Assembly: GCA_013239625.1 (NCBI GenBank)
Contig: MU054400.1
Span: 727,146-791,145 of the forward strand
Direction: 5' to 3'
Source: Lama guanicoe
Taxonomy: Eukaryota
Length of the DNA: 64,000 nucleotides
A program made the translations under genes and the position numbers. Shown here one piece after another: positions 34,728 through 47,115 of the stretch (within the stretch, counting starts at the first letter, position 1; every line of letters starts with the position of its first letter). Below the pieces are notes generated by a model that worked only from the letters and a program-made list of their open reading frames with translations, did no database searches and had not been told where the DNA came from.

Positions 34728-37700
34728 GTCCATGCAGTCAACAAAACCATAAATTAAGTCCTGATTCGTAGTGTTAGTCAAACTTTCAGTGATGCAAATA
34801 CTGCCACCATGGCCCGTTTCAAACTACCAATGTAGAAATGAGCACCAGTACCATTATGTAGTTCCTCCACCTTAAAGGTTCAATAGATACAAATAACTTC
34901 AAGAGCATAGATAATAGTAAAATGTAATAACAATTAGGAAGTGATGAGTTTGATTATTAGCTTTTGTTTTAAAAATAATTTCTGTACTTATACATTTATA
35001 TAATTTAATTTTTAATAATGGCTGTGTTTAGCAAGTAGTTTGTCAAATTCCTGAAAACTTAACCATTGGCTCTTGTTAGCCTGTTGGAGTGGGTCCAGAA
35101 CCTTTGCCTCTGCCCCTTCTGTCCCCCACGGCCATCCTGGCAAACACCCACTGGCCCTTCCTGACTCAGGGTCCACGTTATCTCGGCCCCAACCTCCCCT
35201 GGGTTGGATGTGGTACCTTCTCTGGGTTCCCACAGCCATGTAGGCTCTCGTTTGTACAGCCAGAAAAGTCTAAGCTACCTCACTTTTTTCCTTCCTTTTT
35301 CCCCTAGGGCAGAGGTGGGGGTGGGGGGATGACCTCAAGGACCAACAATCTTGTTCACCTATGAATCCCTAGGGCTTAGAAAATACCTGGCAAATAGCAG
35401 ATGCTGGATAAATATTTGTGGAATGAAACAGGGAGGGGCCTTAAGGAAGGACCCCAGGGCAAAGAGACTTAGGAAACAGGCTGATGAGAGGGGCTTAATC
35501 CAGGGGTTCAGAATGTCTGAGAAGGCAGGGTCAGAATGTTGCCTCGTTGTTGTGGGGGCTTTGAGGGGGGCATATCTGGTCAGGCTACTTGTATCCTAAA
35601 GCACCACTCTCCCCACAGTGGGTCCAGGAGCCCCACTATCCACCTTACTCAGCCCAAATTCCAACTAAATTTTCTCTTAGCTCCCCTGTACTTCAGAATG
35701 AATTTTTAAGGGAGACTCCTTGGTCTTTGGTGAGCAGGTTAGGGAACACTTTGTCTTTGGTAGGCAAGGACCAAGGAGAGTCTCCCCATTTCACAGAGGA
35801 ACAACTGAGGTCCAGGGCTGGCAAGGTGCCTGAACCAAGCCCTAGATGTCCCAGAGCATCCTCTTCAACTGTGAATTCCCCAAATCCTGGCCAAGAGCTA
35901 CAGGCTACCTTGTTCCCCAGGTCATTCTGTCCATCTTTCCTGCCTTCTGACAAGACAGCTCTCTCTCCCTTTGGGGCTGGGTGGTACAGCTTTCCCTACC
36001 CTCCTGGGAAGCAGCCCAAATAAAGAGGCACCTCATCCTCCCATAACCTGCCCCTCCTTAGTCTCACCCAAATCTCTCCTGCTTTCATGGCACCGCTTTT
36101 CCTTCCCAGAACAGGACCTTGGCTCCCACCCTAGCAGTGACCTCACCAAGGGTCTGTCCTCCACCCCTAGCTCCTCCCTAGTCCCAGCCAGCCCAACCCA
36201 GCTTCTGTCTCTGCAGTTCCTGAGGGCTGTCACCAAGCAAGGTCAGCCGACCTGCTGGAGCCACCTCTCCCATCCTTAACCTTTGCCTGGGATCCACCCT
36301 CGTCTACCGCCTCTCCATGACACATACACACACACACACCCCATCCTGGGGCCCAGGCTCAACTGTCCACTTGTCCAGACTTGCCTTCTGTCCTGCTGGC
36401 TGACACACCCAACCCAGCTAGGCCCCTGTGGTAGCATGTCTCACACAGGTCAGAAAGGAACAGGACAAGGAAACCTGAGGGGGCAGCTTCCCATCGTGCC
36501 TGTGGCTGACATCCCTTCCCCAACTTGTGACGTTCCATAAAGGACCCCAGGGCCCAGGTCACCAAATGCCCCAGTTTTATTGGTGGGCAAAGTGAGGCCC
36601 CCCACAAGGGCTTGAGAGTGTGGACCCTGAGAGACGGCCCAAGGCCTCAGGATGGGTTAGCGGCAAGGAGAGCTCTAGATCAGGGGCTGGATAGTGCATA
36701 GTCACCCATCCCTGCACAGTGTGGCCTCCTTGCTACAGACAGCTGCTAGCCAGGAGATTCAGAGGGTTCCCCTGAGGAAGCTGGGGATACCAGAGGAGTC
36801 ACAGGCAGGCGTCAACTCCAACAGAGGACAACCTTACCCTCCAGAGTTTTGACAAGTTGGGCGCCGCTGAAATCTCCCAGCTCAGTGCTGAGGGGAGGAA
36901 AACAGACCAGCTCACCTAGTAATCAGAGTTCCTTACCAATAGCATACTACATTGGGGGGGGCAGTCCTCCCTGGGGACAAACAGTAGATTGGGGCATGAC
37001 CAGCAGAGAACTGAAAAATGACCAAACTGACTAAAAGTCATTCTGCTTCTTACTAGCAGCAGCAGCAGCAATTCTAAGCAATGTCAGTAGTAAAATACTT
37101 CTCTCAGATGGGGTAGATCACTCCCGCTGCCACCCTTCTCGGTATACCACCATCCCTAACTACATATTCACCCCCTAATTCTTGCCTGTCAGTCCACATT
37201 ACTGCTTAGATCTTAAGACAAATTCACTTCCTTTGGAGAATTTATGGATTATTTTAGGACGTCTTTCTCTCGATGTCTACTTCTGAACATCTTATTATAA
37301 AAGTAATAGTGCAATCATAAAAATAAATTCTCACAATTCAGAAATGACAAAATGCCTTATTAATCCTTTCACTCTTTTATCCTTTAATCTTTCTAAGTAC
37401 TCTGTTGACATAATTGAAAATAGTTCTGTATAACCCTATTTGTATAAGCCCTTTTCACTGAATGCCATGATTACAGAATAATTGTCAACTCTTCAGAACC
37501 ATGATTTTAATAACAAAGAAGCAAACCATGCCTTATTTAATCTATCCTCTATCACTGAGTATTCAGTTTGTTTCCAACATTTAAAATTTTACGTTTCATT
37601 TTCTTCATTTGTATGTGTATTTCAGTGTTTCAGTGGTATAAATAACATTGCAATGAAGATCTTTGAGCAAAGACTTTATCTACATCTCCAATTATTTTCC

Positions 37701-38305
37701 TAAGGATAAATTCACAGCAATGAAATAACTAGGACAAAGAATGTGACAAATTCTCAGGTTTATTTTAACCTTTCATATATTTAGCTCTCAAAACCAAGAG
37801 TTTTATGGTGTGAGGTGAGGATTTAATTTTTGCTTTCCCAGAGGCCAGAAGAAGAGATCTTCTTCAGGTGCCCTCTCCCTTCCCCTCCACCCCTGGCTTC
37901 TTCCAGCTCCCTTGGAGAGCAGAAAGATGAAATCAGGAGGTGACAGTACAAGTCACCATTCTCTTTGCCCTAATTACAACAAAATGTTTTTCCTCTTTCT
38001 ATGAGTAACTGACTTTCTTCTAAGTGTCCTCACTTTCTGATGAGTAACTGGAAATGTGCTTCCCTGATTGAACTTTGTCAGAAGTGCTTGTGCCAGATCA
38101 GCTAAAAAGCCCTTAAAATGCTCAAAAGTAAAAAAAAAAAAATTAAAAGGGACACCAAAAATACAACAGGGAATAAACACATGATTATATGATTAAGCAG
38201 TTGACCACAAGTGTCACATTTCAAGGTATAGGGGGGCTATGAGAGTATGTCATGGGGGGATAGGTAACCTGAGGGGGACATCAAGGAATCCTAAAAAGGA
38301 AAATA

Positions 38306-38385
38306 AATTATGCTGTACACCAGAAGCAGACACCTTGTAACTGACTATATGTCAATAAATAAATTAAATAAATAAGTAAAAATTA
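38306..38385 (+). mobile_element. Very short LINE-1 3' terminus
   Basis: atgctgtacaccagaa...ttgtaactgactatatgtcaataaa plus A-rich tail, flanked by the near-direct repeat taaaaaggaaa(a)taa. Confidence 0.65.
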
Positions 38386-39822
38386 AAAAGGAAATAACAG
38401 TCAGTTTAACAAGTGGGGATTTTAGGTGTAGGCTGGGCGGAAGGAACTGCCAGGTGTCATAGGTGTGCAAGCAGAGAAGATTCAGGGCTTCCTGGCAGAG
38501 CCTCTACCTAGTACTCTTTCAGTACTCTGGGCATGAATGTCAGGCCCCAGGGTCCAGGCAACATAGTGGTGAAATGAAGCACACCTGGCCAGGGCAGAGA
38601 GCAAAGATAAGGAGCTTGGCAAATCCATATAGGAAAGCCGAGAGGAGGCCAGAGGCTGGAAAAATGTCTAAACCAGAGGGGAAAGCCCGTTTCCAGACCT
38701 GGATGAGGACGATAGTGACAGGGAGGAGGCAGAGATGGGCAGTGCCAGTGAACTAACAGAGGGGATGGGGAAAGGTGGTGACAGTCCAGATGACTTAGAG
38801 GTGATGGAGACTGGAACAGGTAGTGAGGGCTGTGGTGACAAAGGTGACTAGGGTGGCAGGGACAGGTGGTGACAGTCAAGGTGACAGGGGAGATGGGAAT
38901 GGAACTAGCCAGTGACAGGGTTGGGGTAGAGGCCTTTGATAAGGATGACAGGGTGGTTCAGACAGCAACAGCCTTGGGCATGGGGCTGGAATAGGGATGG
39001 TGGCCATCTGGAGAAGGTAACATAGGTGATGGGAACTGGGTCAAGTGACAGCACGGTTAAGAAAGGAGCAGTGGTTGTGATGCCAGGATGATGATGAGGG
39101 CGACAAATGAATGATAGGGTGGGATATGAGTGATGATCATAAAGGTGACCCAAGGATAACAGGAAGTGTGAATGACGATGTCTGTGCTGGTGGCAAACTA
39201 GAGACACCCACCCTGTCCCCTCCCCTGGGCCTGTTTCAACATCAGAACTGTTTCCTAGGCCGCAGGTCCCATGACTCAGTATCATCCACCAACCGGGCCC
39301 CAGATAAGATCTGTAGGCACAGCCACAGCCCAGAGGGGCTGGCTGGGTGCCTTTCTTGGCTGTGCCCAGGCCTATCAAGGGACCCAGGCATGGAACCTTA
39401 GTGTCATCTCTGCCCCATCCCTCTCGGTTATACATCCGCCCCAATTTGAGGTTCACCAAGAATCCCTAAACCCCCTCTCCTTGGAGAATACAACTTTCGC
39501 CACAACTGTCCTAGCCAGGGCTTTGTTCCAGCTTCTTCCACAGCCGACCCTTCTAATGTTTTGTCATAACCGTTCCCTGGGAGGAGAGTGAAAGGAACCT
39601 GGGCTTTAAGGGGAGGTCTGAATAATCCCATTCATTCATCCCACAAATTTTTATTAAGCCCCTTGCAACATATGAGGGGCTAGCTTTTACAACCAGATCT
39701 GTGTTTTCCTGTCTCTGTGAAGCTCAGTCTCAGGGACAGACATGTAAATGGCCATCATCTTGGGGAGAGAGTTCTATTCCCTTGCAATGGAGGGGGGTAG
39801 ACTGCTTTTCAAAGCCTGAGGA

Positions 39823-39960
39823 GAGGGAGGATATAGTTCAAGTGGTAGAGTGCACGCTTAGCATGCATGAGGTCCTGGATTCAATTCCCAGCACCTCCTC
39901 CAAAAATAAATAAACTAACTACCTGCCTCTCCCCAAAATAAAATAAATAAAATTTTAAAA
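39823..39960 (+). mobile_element. tRNA-derived SINE (Vic-1-like)
   Basis: ggaggatatagttcaagtggtagagtgcacgcttagcatgcatgaggtcctggattcaattcccagcacctcc followed by an A-rich tail. Confidence 0.85.
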
Positions 39961-39973
39961 TAGTTTAAAAAGT

Positions 39974-40122
39974 GGGGCAGGGTATAGCTCAAGCGGTAGA
40001 ACAATGCTTAGCATGCACAAGGTCCTGGGTTTAATCCCTGGCACCCCCTCTAAAAACAAACAAACAAAAAAAACTAATTACCTCCCCCTGCCAAAAAACA
40101 AAAACAAAAACACACCAAAAAA
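39974..40122 (+). mobile_element. tRNA-derived SINE (Vic-1-like)
   Basis: gggtatagctcaagcggtaga...cttagcatgcacaaggtcctgggtttaatccctggcacc followed by an A-rich tail. Confidence 0.85.
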
Positions 40123-40229
40123 CCTAAAGAGAGTGAATCCCATTAAAAGAGATCTCAGGACCTGTGCTAATGACCCTTTTGCCTCTTTTACTCAGCTGAA
40201 TACCAAACGTTTATTTATCTTTATTTTTT

Positions 40230-40370
40230 AATTTTTAAAGTCTGTTTTGATTTTGTTTTGAGGGGGAGAGATAACTAGGTTTATTTTCTTTTAATGGAGG
40301 TACTGGGGATTGAACGCTGGACCTTGTGCATGCTAAGCACGCACTCTACCACTGAGCTGTACATTTCCTC
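40230..40370 (-). mobile_element. tRNA-derived SINE (Vic-1-like)
   Basis: Reverse copy: ggaggtactggggattgaac...tgcatgctaagcacgcactctaccactgagct. Confidence 0.8.
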
Positions 40371-40662
40371 TTTACCAAAAATTTTAGAGCATAATGAGCA
40401 ATCCAGAGGGAAAAAGTGAGGAGGGAAGATAAAAAGGGAAAGAAACCAGAGGCTAGGGTGCTAAGTAGGATAAAGATACCAGAGAGGAATCACCACTGTG
40501 GAGGAGCCAAAGTGATTTCCAAGAACAGGAGTGTCTGATACTCAACTTGAGTGTGTTGGGTTTGTGCAAAGTAAACTCTCTCCATCTCCCCAAGTCTTCA
40601 GCACAGGTACTTTTTGTTGGGGGGGTGGGGACAAGGATGGGGGGACAATTTCTGAGTAACTA

Positions 40663-42192
40663 TTTTTTTTAATTCAAGTTTAGTTGATTTACAATGTTGT
40701 GTTAGTTTCTGGTGTACAGCATAGTGATTCATTTATACGTATATATATTCTTTTTCATTACAGGTTATTACAAGATATTAAATGTACTTCCCTGGACTAT
40801 ACATTAAGACCTTGTTTATCTATTTTATATATAGTAGTTGTATCTGCTAATCCCAAACTCCTAATTTATCCCCCTCCCAACGTTTTCCCCTTTGGTAACC
40901 ATAACTTTGTTTTCTATGTCTGTGAGTCTGCTTCTGCTTTGTAAATAAGTTCATTTGTATCATTTTTTTAATATTCCACATATAAGTGATATCATATGAT
41001 GTTTGTCTTTCTCTGTCTGACTTACCTCACTTAGTATGATAATCTCTAGTCCCATCCATGTTGCTCCAATGGCATTATTTCATTCTTTTTTATGCATTGT
41101 ATATATACACCACAACTTTATCCAGTCATCTGTTGATGGACATTTAAGTTGCTTCCATATCTTGGTTATGGGTAATAGTGCTGCTATGAACATTGGGGCA
41201 CATGTATCTTTTTGAATTAATTTCCTCCAGATATATGCCCAGGAGTGGGATTGCTGGATAACATGGTAACTCTATTTTTAGTTTTTTAAGGAATCTCCAT
41301 ACTGTTTTCATAATGTCTTACCAAATTACAGTCCCACCAACAGTGTAGGAGGGTTCCCTTTTCTCCAAACTCTCTCCAGCATTTATTGCTTGTGGACTTT
41401 TTAATGATGGCCATTCTGACAAGTGTGAGGTGTTCCTCATTGTAGTTTTGATTTGCATTTCCTTAATAATTAGGGATGTTGAGCATGTGCCTGTTGGCCA
41501 TTTGTCTGTCTTCTTGGGAGAAGTGTCTGTTTAGGTTTTCTGCCCATTTTTTGATTGAATTGTTTGTTGTTTTGTTGTTGTTGCTGTTGTTACTGAGTTG
41601 TGTGAGCTGTTTTTACATTCTGGAAATTAAGCCCCTGACAGGCACATCATTTGCAAATATTTTTCCCCATCCATAGGTTGTCTTTTCATTTCATTTATGA
41701 TTTCCTTTGCTGTGCAAAAGCTTGTAAGTTTGATTAGGTCCCATTTGTTTATTTTTGCTTTTATTTCTCTTGTCTTGGGAGACTGACCTAGGAAAACATT
41801 GCTATGATTTATGTCAGAGAATATTTTGCCTGTTTTCTTCCAGGAGATATATGGTGTCCTGTCTTATGTTTAAGTATTTAAGCCATTTTGAATATATTTT
41901 TGTGTGCAAAGGAGTATTCTAACTTCACTAATTTACATGTAACTGACAATCTTTCCCAACACCGCTTGCCGAAGAGACTGTCTTTTCTCCACTGTGTATT
42001 CTTACCTCCTTTGCCAAAGATTAATTGACCATAGGTGTGTAGGTTAATTTCTGGGCTCTCTATTCTGTTCCAGTGATCTGTATGTCTGTTTTTGTGCTAA
42101 TACCATGCTGTTTTGATTACTGTAGCTTTGTAGTATTGTCTGAAGTCTGAGAGGGTTACGCCTCTTGCTTTATCCTTTTTCCTCAGTATTTC
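40663..42192 (-). mobile_element. LINE-1 3' fragment (~1.5 kb; 3' UTR plus decayed ORF2 C-terminus)
   Basis: Starts at poly-T (tail), then tagttgatttacaatgttgtgttagtttctggtgtacagc. Typical antisense L1 motifs follow (cccaggagtgggattgctgga, ttgatttgcatttcc, gctgtgcaaaagctt, taccatgctgttttgattactgtagcttt). Confidence 0.9.
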
Positions 42193-42415
42193 TTTGTTCA
42201 GCACAGTTTTTACTAACATAAAAACATGCTATGGAAAGGGGATTTCCTTCCTTTTCTTTGTCTTTTTCCCCCTCCTGCCTTCCTTCCTTCCTTCCATCTT
42301 TTATTCCTTCCTTCTTTCTTTCCTCCCTTTCTTCCATCATCTTAATCTAAGACTCTTAGGAACCCCAGAAAGAATCGCAGAATGCTAGAGCTAGAGAGGA
42401 AGTTAAGAATCAAAT

Positions 42416-42872
42416 TGTTACCATCCTGGGTCCTTGGACCCTTTGAGGACAGACAAGAAATTCCGACAAGGCTTTATAGGGACTCCGTGCTCCAGTACAA
42501 GGGAGGGAACATAAATAACAGGTACCCTTGCTTACTCCCCAAGGTGGGGGTAGGGGGAGGTGAGCTGGTTCCTTAAATGGGGTGAGGGTGGGGGCAGATC
42601 CGTGGGATGGGCAGGAGCATAGCTTAGGTGATCTGCCCACCTCCTTAGTGCTATGTGCAATACCTTGCTTTTGCTCTCAGCACCTCAGAAATGGCAGTTA
42701 GTTTGTGACCTTTTTGCATCATTGTTCATAACTGCCCCAACTGAGGCTGTGTGTAGTTATTTTCAGTCCTTTATAGTTTCTTTGTATTCTGTTGCTTGAG
42801 AAGACGTTTGTCCAGGTGCAAGTGTAAGCACTCTAGTAGAGGGTCCCAGATCCCAGGTCACAGCCTATCTCA
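42416..42872 (-). mobile_element. Solo LTR (ERV1-like) inserted into a MIR
   Basis: TG...CA termini (tgtta / tctca), ~457 bp; 4-bp flanks aaat/gaat; MIR-like sequence resumes on both sides (agaatgctagagctaga ... gaaaactgaggcaga). Confidence 0.65.
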
Positions 42873-43340
42873 GAATCATCTCATGTAATAATACCCCTGT
42901 GGTCTTAAGGGGAAAACTGAGGCAGAGTGGTGATGGAACTTGCTCTGGGTCTCAGAGCAACCTGGAGCTCTTGACACCAGGGCCTCTCACCATGCTTCCC
43001 TTACCTCCCTGATCTGTTCACTGTGCATCTGGTCTCCATCGAAGGCAAGGACTGGCCTCCAGCTGGCTCCTCCCTGCCCCCTAGCTTGGTTCACAGGGAC
43101 CACTAAGCAAGAGCCCTAGGAGGCTTCAGTTTCCTAGATCCTCCATGACCGGGATTAACCTAACCCCACCTACTTTCCAGTCTCATCTGGTACTCCAAGC
43201 TCCAGAAACATTAAACGTCCTCCAGCTTTTCCAGGGAACTTGATCTCCTACCACCAGGCCTTTGCACAAGCTGTTACCTCTACCTGGGGTAGCCCATTTG
43301 GCTGATTCCTTCTCATACTTCAGGTCTTAATATAGAGGTA

Positions 43341-43672
43341 CAGGATTAGCTTATGGACAGGTGACCTGGGCCTTAAAAGGGTCTTGCCCTTGACTTAATA
43401 TTATCACTGTATTGAAATTCTAAATAATTTTTGAATAAGGGCTCTTGCGTTTTCTTATGATTTCTTTTTTTTTGGGAGGAGCAGGTTGGGGAGGAGCAGG
43501 AAATTAGGTTTATTTATTTTAATAAAAAAGATTTTTTTAATATAGGTACTGGGAATTGAACTCAGGACCTCATACATGCTAAGCACGCACTCTACCACTG
43601 AGCTATACCCTCCCCCCAGGGCCCCTGCATTTTCATTTTACACTAGGCCCCACAAATAATGTAACCAGTCCT
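43341..43672. mobile_element. MER91-like hAT element, split by a SINE
   Basis: gggcccctgcattttcattttacactaggccccacaaataatgtaaccagtcct terminus. Confidence 0.6.
43455..43617 (-). mobile_element. tRNA-derived SINE (Vic-1-like) inserted in a MER91-like element
   Basis: ggtactgggaattgaactcaggacct...ctctaccactgagctataccctccc; degenerate TSD agggc(t/c)c(t/c)tgc(g/a)ttttc. Confidence 0.8.
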
Positions 43673-43779
43673 ATACCAATATTTTGTTCTAGTAAAATGT
43701 CTCAATTCCCAATTTTGTTCAGTTGTACTTGTAGTCTCCTCCGCTAATTAGGCTTTAGGTTCCATGAAGACAGGAACTA

Positions 43780-44265
43780 TTTGGTAGGTTCTGGTTTCCC
43801 CTTTCCTAACTCCTGAGCATCTATTTGGGAATAGATGGAGCTGACATCTCTCTTGGGGCCAGAGGTGGAACATGTGACTTAAGCTAATCCAATTAGATTG
43901 GGCCATCCTTGTGACTCAGGGGTGGACATGTAACTAAGTTGGTCCAATCAGAGTGCACCTCTGGGTATTTGTTGAAACTGCTGTGACAAAGATGCTCCCC
44001 CTTCCCTGCTGGACATTAACTAGAAGCTTGTAGCCTGGAGCTACTGCCAGATGTCTTGGAACCATAAGAGAATCCAGGCTTAGAATGAGGTTGACACCAT
44101 GGAAGCAAGAGAGGAAAAACAGAACGGACATAGGTGCTGGATCAAGCCTCACCTGAAGCTTTCCTCTGATTGTTCAGCTACGTGAACCAGTGAATTACCA
44201 CTATTGCCCAAAACAGATTGAGTCAGATTTCCTCATTTTTGCATCCAGATGCTTCCTATCTGATT
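43780..44265 (+). mobile_element. Old MaLR/ERVL LTR (MLT1-like)
   Basis: catgtgacttaagct..ccaat, ggtccaatcagag, gcctggagctactg, cctgaagc, tgagtcagatttcctc..ttgcatcc. Confidence 0.6.
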
Positions 44266-46736
44266 TTGTCTATATCTTGTTCATTATAGTAATCCTGATG
44301 CCACAACCTGACATAAGAAAGATCCTCAATAAATATTTGATGAAATAATAAGCAAACAAATGAATTAAACTCAAGTCCTCCGGCAAAAAGACCAGAGGTA
44401 CTAATTTACACATGAGACTTTTCAAGGAGCTTTCCTGCAGTTTCTGCTGGTCTCCTTGACCCTGTATACCTTAAGGGACCCCCGACTGGTCACCCTCTCT
44501 CCTGGCTGGGGCCCAAATCTCTGGGACAGTCCAGAGCTCAGTCACTTTCTGTTCACCCCCAGGCATCCAGGACTGCTGTGGTTCCTGTCTGCAGTCAGGT
44601 ATCCCTGAACTTAGTTTCTCTTTTTATTTATTTCACTTTTTCCCTCTTTTTTCAGGTGTCCCTGGACTTAGAAGCTGTACCCTGAGACTGGGGACCTAGG
44701 TCTGAACTGGCCATTGCCTGGCCCCATAGCTTCATGCAAGTCACCTGTATTTGAGACTCAGCCTCCTGCTCTGTGAGCATGTGGACCCGTTGACTTCAGA
44801 GGGTAAGTTGGCCCTGACTGTCTGGTTGCCTAGGATTCTAAACTTCTGTGACACAGACAGGCAGCACTACCAGCTAGAAAAGGAGAGTTTTAGTCAATTC
44901 TGCTGTTCTCTTCTTCAGCAAGTATTTGTCAACAATTACTGTGTACCCTGCCCAGACACTGAGACTCTCAGCCACGTTTTCCAAACCTCCTGCTTCCTGA
45001 ACCCTTGCCCTGCAAATCTGGGCTGTGAAGTCAAAACCTAAAGGCTTCTCAACCCCACATCATGAGTGTGCATGTATGAATACAGGTGGGCAAGTGTGCA
45101 GTGAGTGTGCATCAGTGAGTGTGTGAATGAGTGAGGATGAAATATGTTTGTGTTTGTGTGAGCACACACCCCTCCCCAGCCCTTCATAGTCATAGCAGAC
45201 ACATCTTCACATGTATGTGGGCACACTCGCACCTTTTATGGCCAAAGGTGGCTCAAGCTATAAAACTTTAGTCCAATAAAGGGGAGACTTTGTCCACAGG
45301 CTGGAGTCAATTTCCCTTCTCCACCCCCAGCTAAAGGCTATCTCTCCTAGGAAAGAGTTCCCTCACACTGGGGCTGAAGCCTGCCTCCCCCACTGCTCCA
45401 GACCCCTCCCAGCTCCTCCCTTGGACTGTTTCCGGCCAGGCCCTGGCAGTGACCCTGAGCAAAGAGGCAAAGGATGAGGGTGGTGGGCAGGACATTCCAG
45501 GTGCCTCCTCAGCTATGGGGTGGGGTAGGGGCATCTCCATGGAGACAAGTGGTGGACCATGTCCAGATGATTATCAGGACTCCCAGAGTCCTCCCTCTCC
45601 TTGCCAAGCCAGACCTCCTTGACTCTGAGTGCAGTGAGGAAGCAGGGGCTAGAGGATATTGGGAGTAGACCAAAACTACTTTGCAGAGCAAGGATCGCTT
45701 GAAGAAGTTGATCTAGGTGATTGCATCTGGCTTGAGCCTTTATCCCCAGAGAGTTCTGGAGATGGAAAAGCGTGACACTCGCCCCTTCTCCACACATCAT
45801 CTGACCAGAAAGTATGACCAGGGTGGTCCAGGGAGGTTTCAGGTTAGTCAGTTTTCACCCTTTTCATAACCTCACCCCACTGACAACCTCAGCTGTTCCA
45901 TAAGACGCCCCCCCGTGAGTTCCCCCCCAGACCTCCTGTGCTTTGGTCATATGCAGGGATGGGTGGGGCCCACAGACCCTTTTCCTCCTCCCAAAGCTGC
46001 TGAAACTCCCAGTGTGTTGGTGAGAGCTGGAAAAGACCCTCAGAGTTACTGTAATTGTCCTGGGAACTGAAACAGGATGGCAGTGAGACCTGAGGTAGGA
46101 CTTCTGATAATCAAGGAAATAAGATTTGGAAGCACAGATTGGATTTTGCTTCTGTCTTCAACCTCCCTGGGATCAACTCTGTCCCCTGACCCCATATATA
46201 CTACCCTCTAAACCCCTAATTCATGACCCCAACCATCCTCAACCTCTACCAGATCCCCAGAGCTCCACAATATGGTGGTGTGCTCACCTGTTCCTTTCTC
46301 AGGAGACTAAGTTTTCAGGAGAAGAGCCAGGCTGCAAAAGGAGCTCTGGCCTCCGTCTCCCCTGACCCCAGTCTTTCTAGGGAAAAGTTGGTTCCACCCT
46401 AGCCGGAGGGATTGAGGCTAGACAACGAGGCTGACAAAGGCCCCACGGAGGCTCCAAGCAGCCTGGAGCTGGAGGAGATGGCTTGGAGAGTCAGGTGTCT
46501 CCCTCCGAGCCTGGCTTCACACTTTCCCTTCCCACAGTACACCACAGGGAGCTCACAAGGAGCATGGCAGTAATAGTATTGTTGTTATTCTGTATTCTAC
46601 AGCACTCACTGCTACGTCTGTTGTTCCATGCATATGTTAACTTATTTAGTCCTCACCGTGTGCATCTTAATGAAGTAGGTACTATTACTATCCCCATTTT
46701 ACAGATGAAGAAACTAAAGAGTCGAGAGTTGGAATC

Positions 46737-47115
46737 TGTCAGGAATCCAGCAGGAACGATATATTAGGGCTTCACTGAAGAGAGTTTATGTAAGGACTAT
46801 TTACAGAGGCGGGGCAAGGGCACAAGAGGTGGCCCGGGCACTCATAGCAGGCAGCCATTCCCTGGAGACAGTAGGAAAGAGCAGTGTTACTGGACGCAGT
46901 GAAAGCCCTGGAAGAGGCATGAATACCCTGACTTTCCTCCCCCACACGCTCCTTGCCTTCTGATTTCCCAGCTGTGCCTCCGACTTAGCAAACCCACCTG
47001 GAAACCAGAGGGCAAGAGGGCCCAGGTGATGCAGCCCACAGACGTTACTAGCCTACTAGCCCCCCGGGGCCGTAGAGCTGGTGGAGATTGAATCTGGAGG
47101 CAATGGAGACCACAT
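46737..47115. mobile_element. Old MaLR LTR (MLT1M/N-like)
   Basis: actgaagagagttta..ggactatttacagagg ... ggaaaccagagggcaagagggcccaggtgatgcagccc ... gaatctggagg. Confidence 0.6.

Larger units (their letters stand above)
33557..35100 (-). mobile_element. Old hAT-Tip100 (Arthur1-like) DNA transposon, interrupted by MER58B
   Basis: AT-rich block from tgtgctggtaaatgcttaac to ttttaataatggctgtgttta...aaattcctgaaaacttaaccattggctct. The family was recognised from memory. Confidence 0.6.

Noticed and set aside
39823..39900. tRNA-like sequences with A and B boxes (also at 28.6, 40.0, 40.3, 43.6, 48.4 and 57.8 kb)
   Set aside because: They have A-rich tails, TSDs and divergence that breaks the cloverleaf, so they are SINEs rather than tRNA genes.
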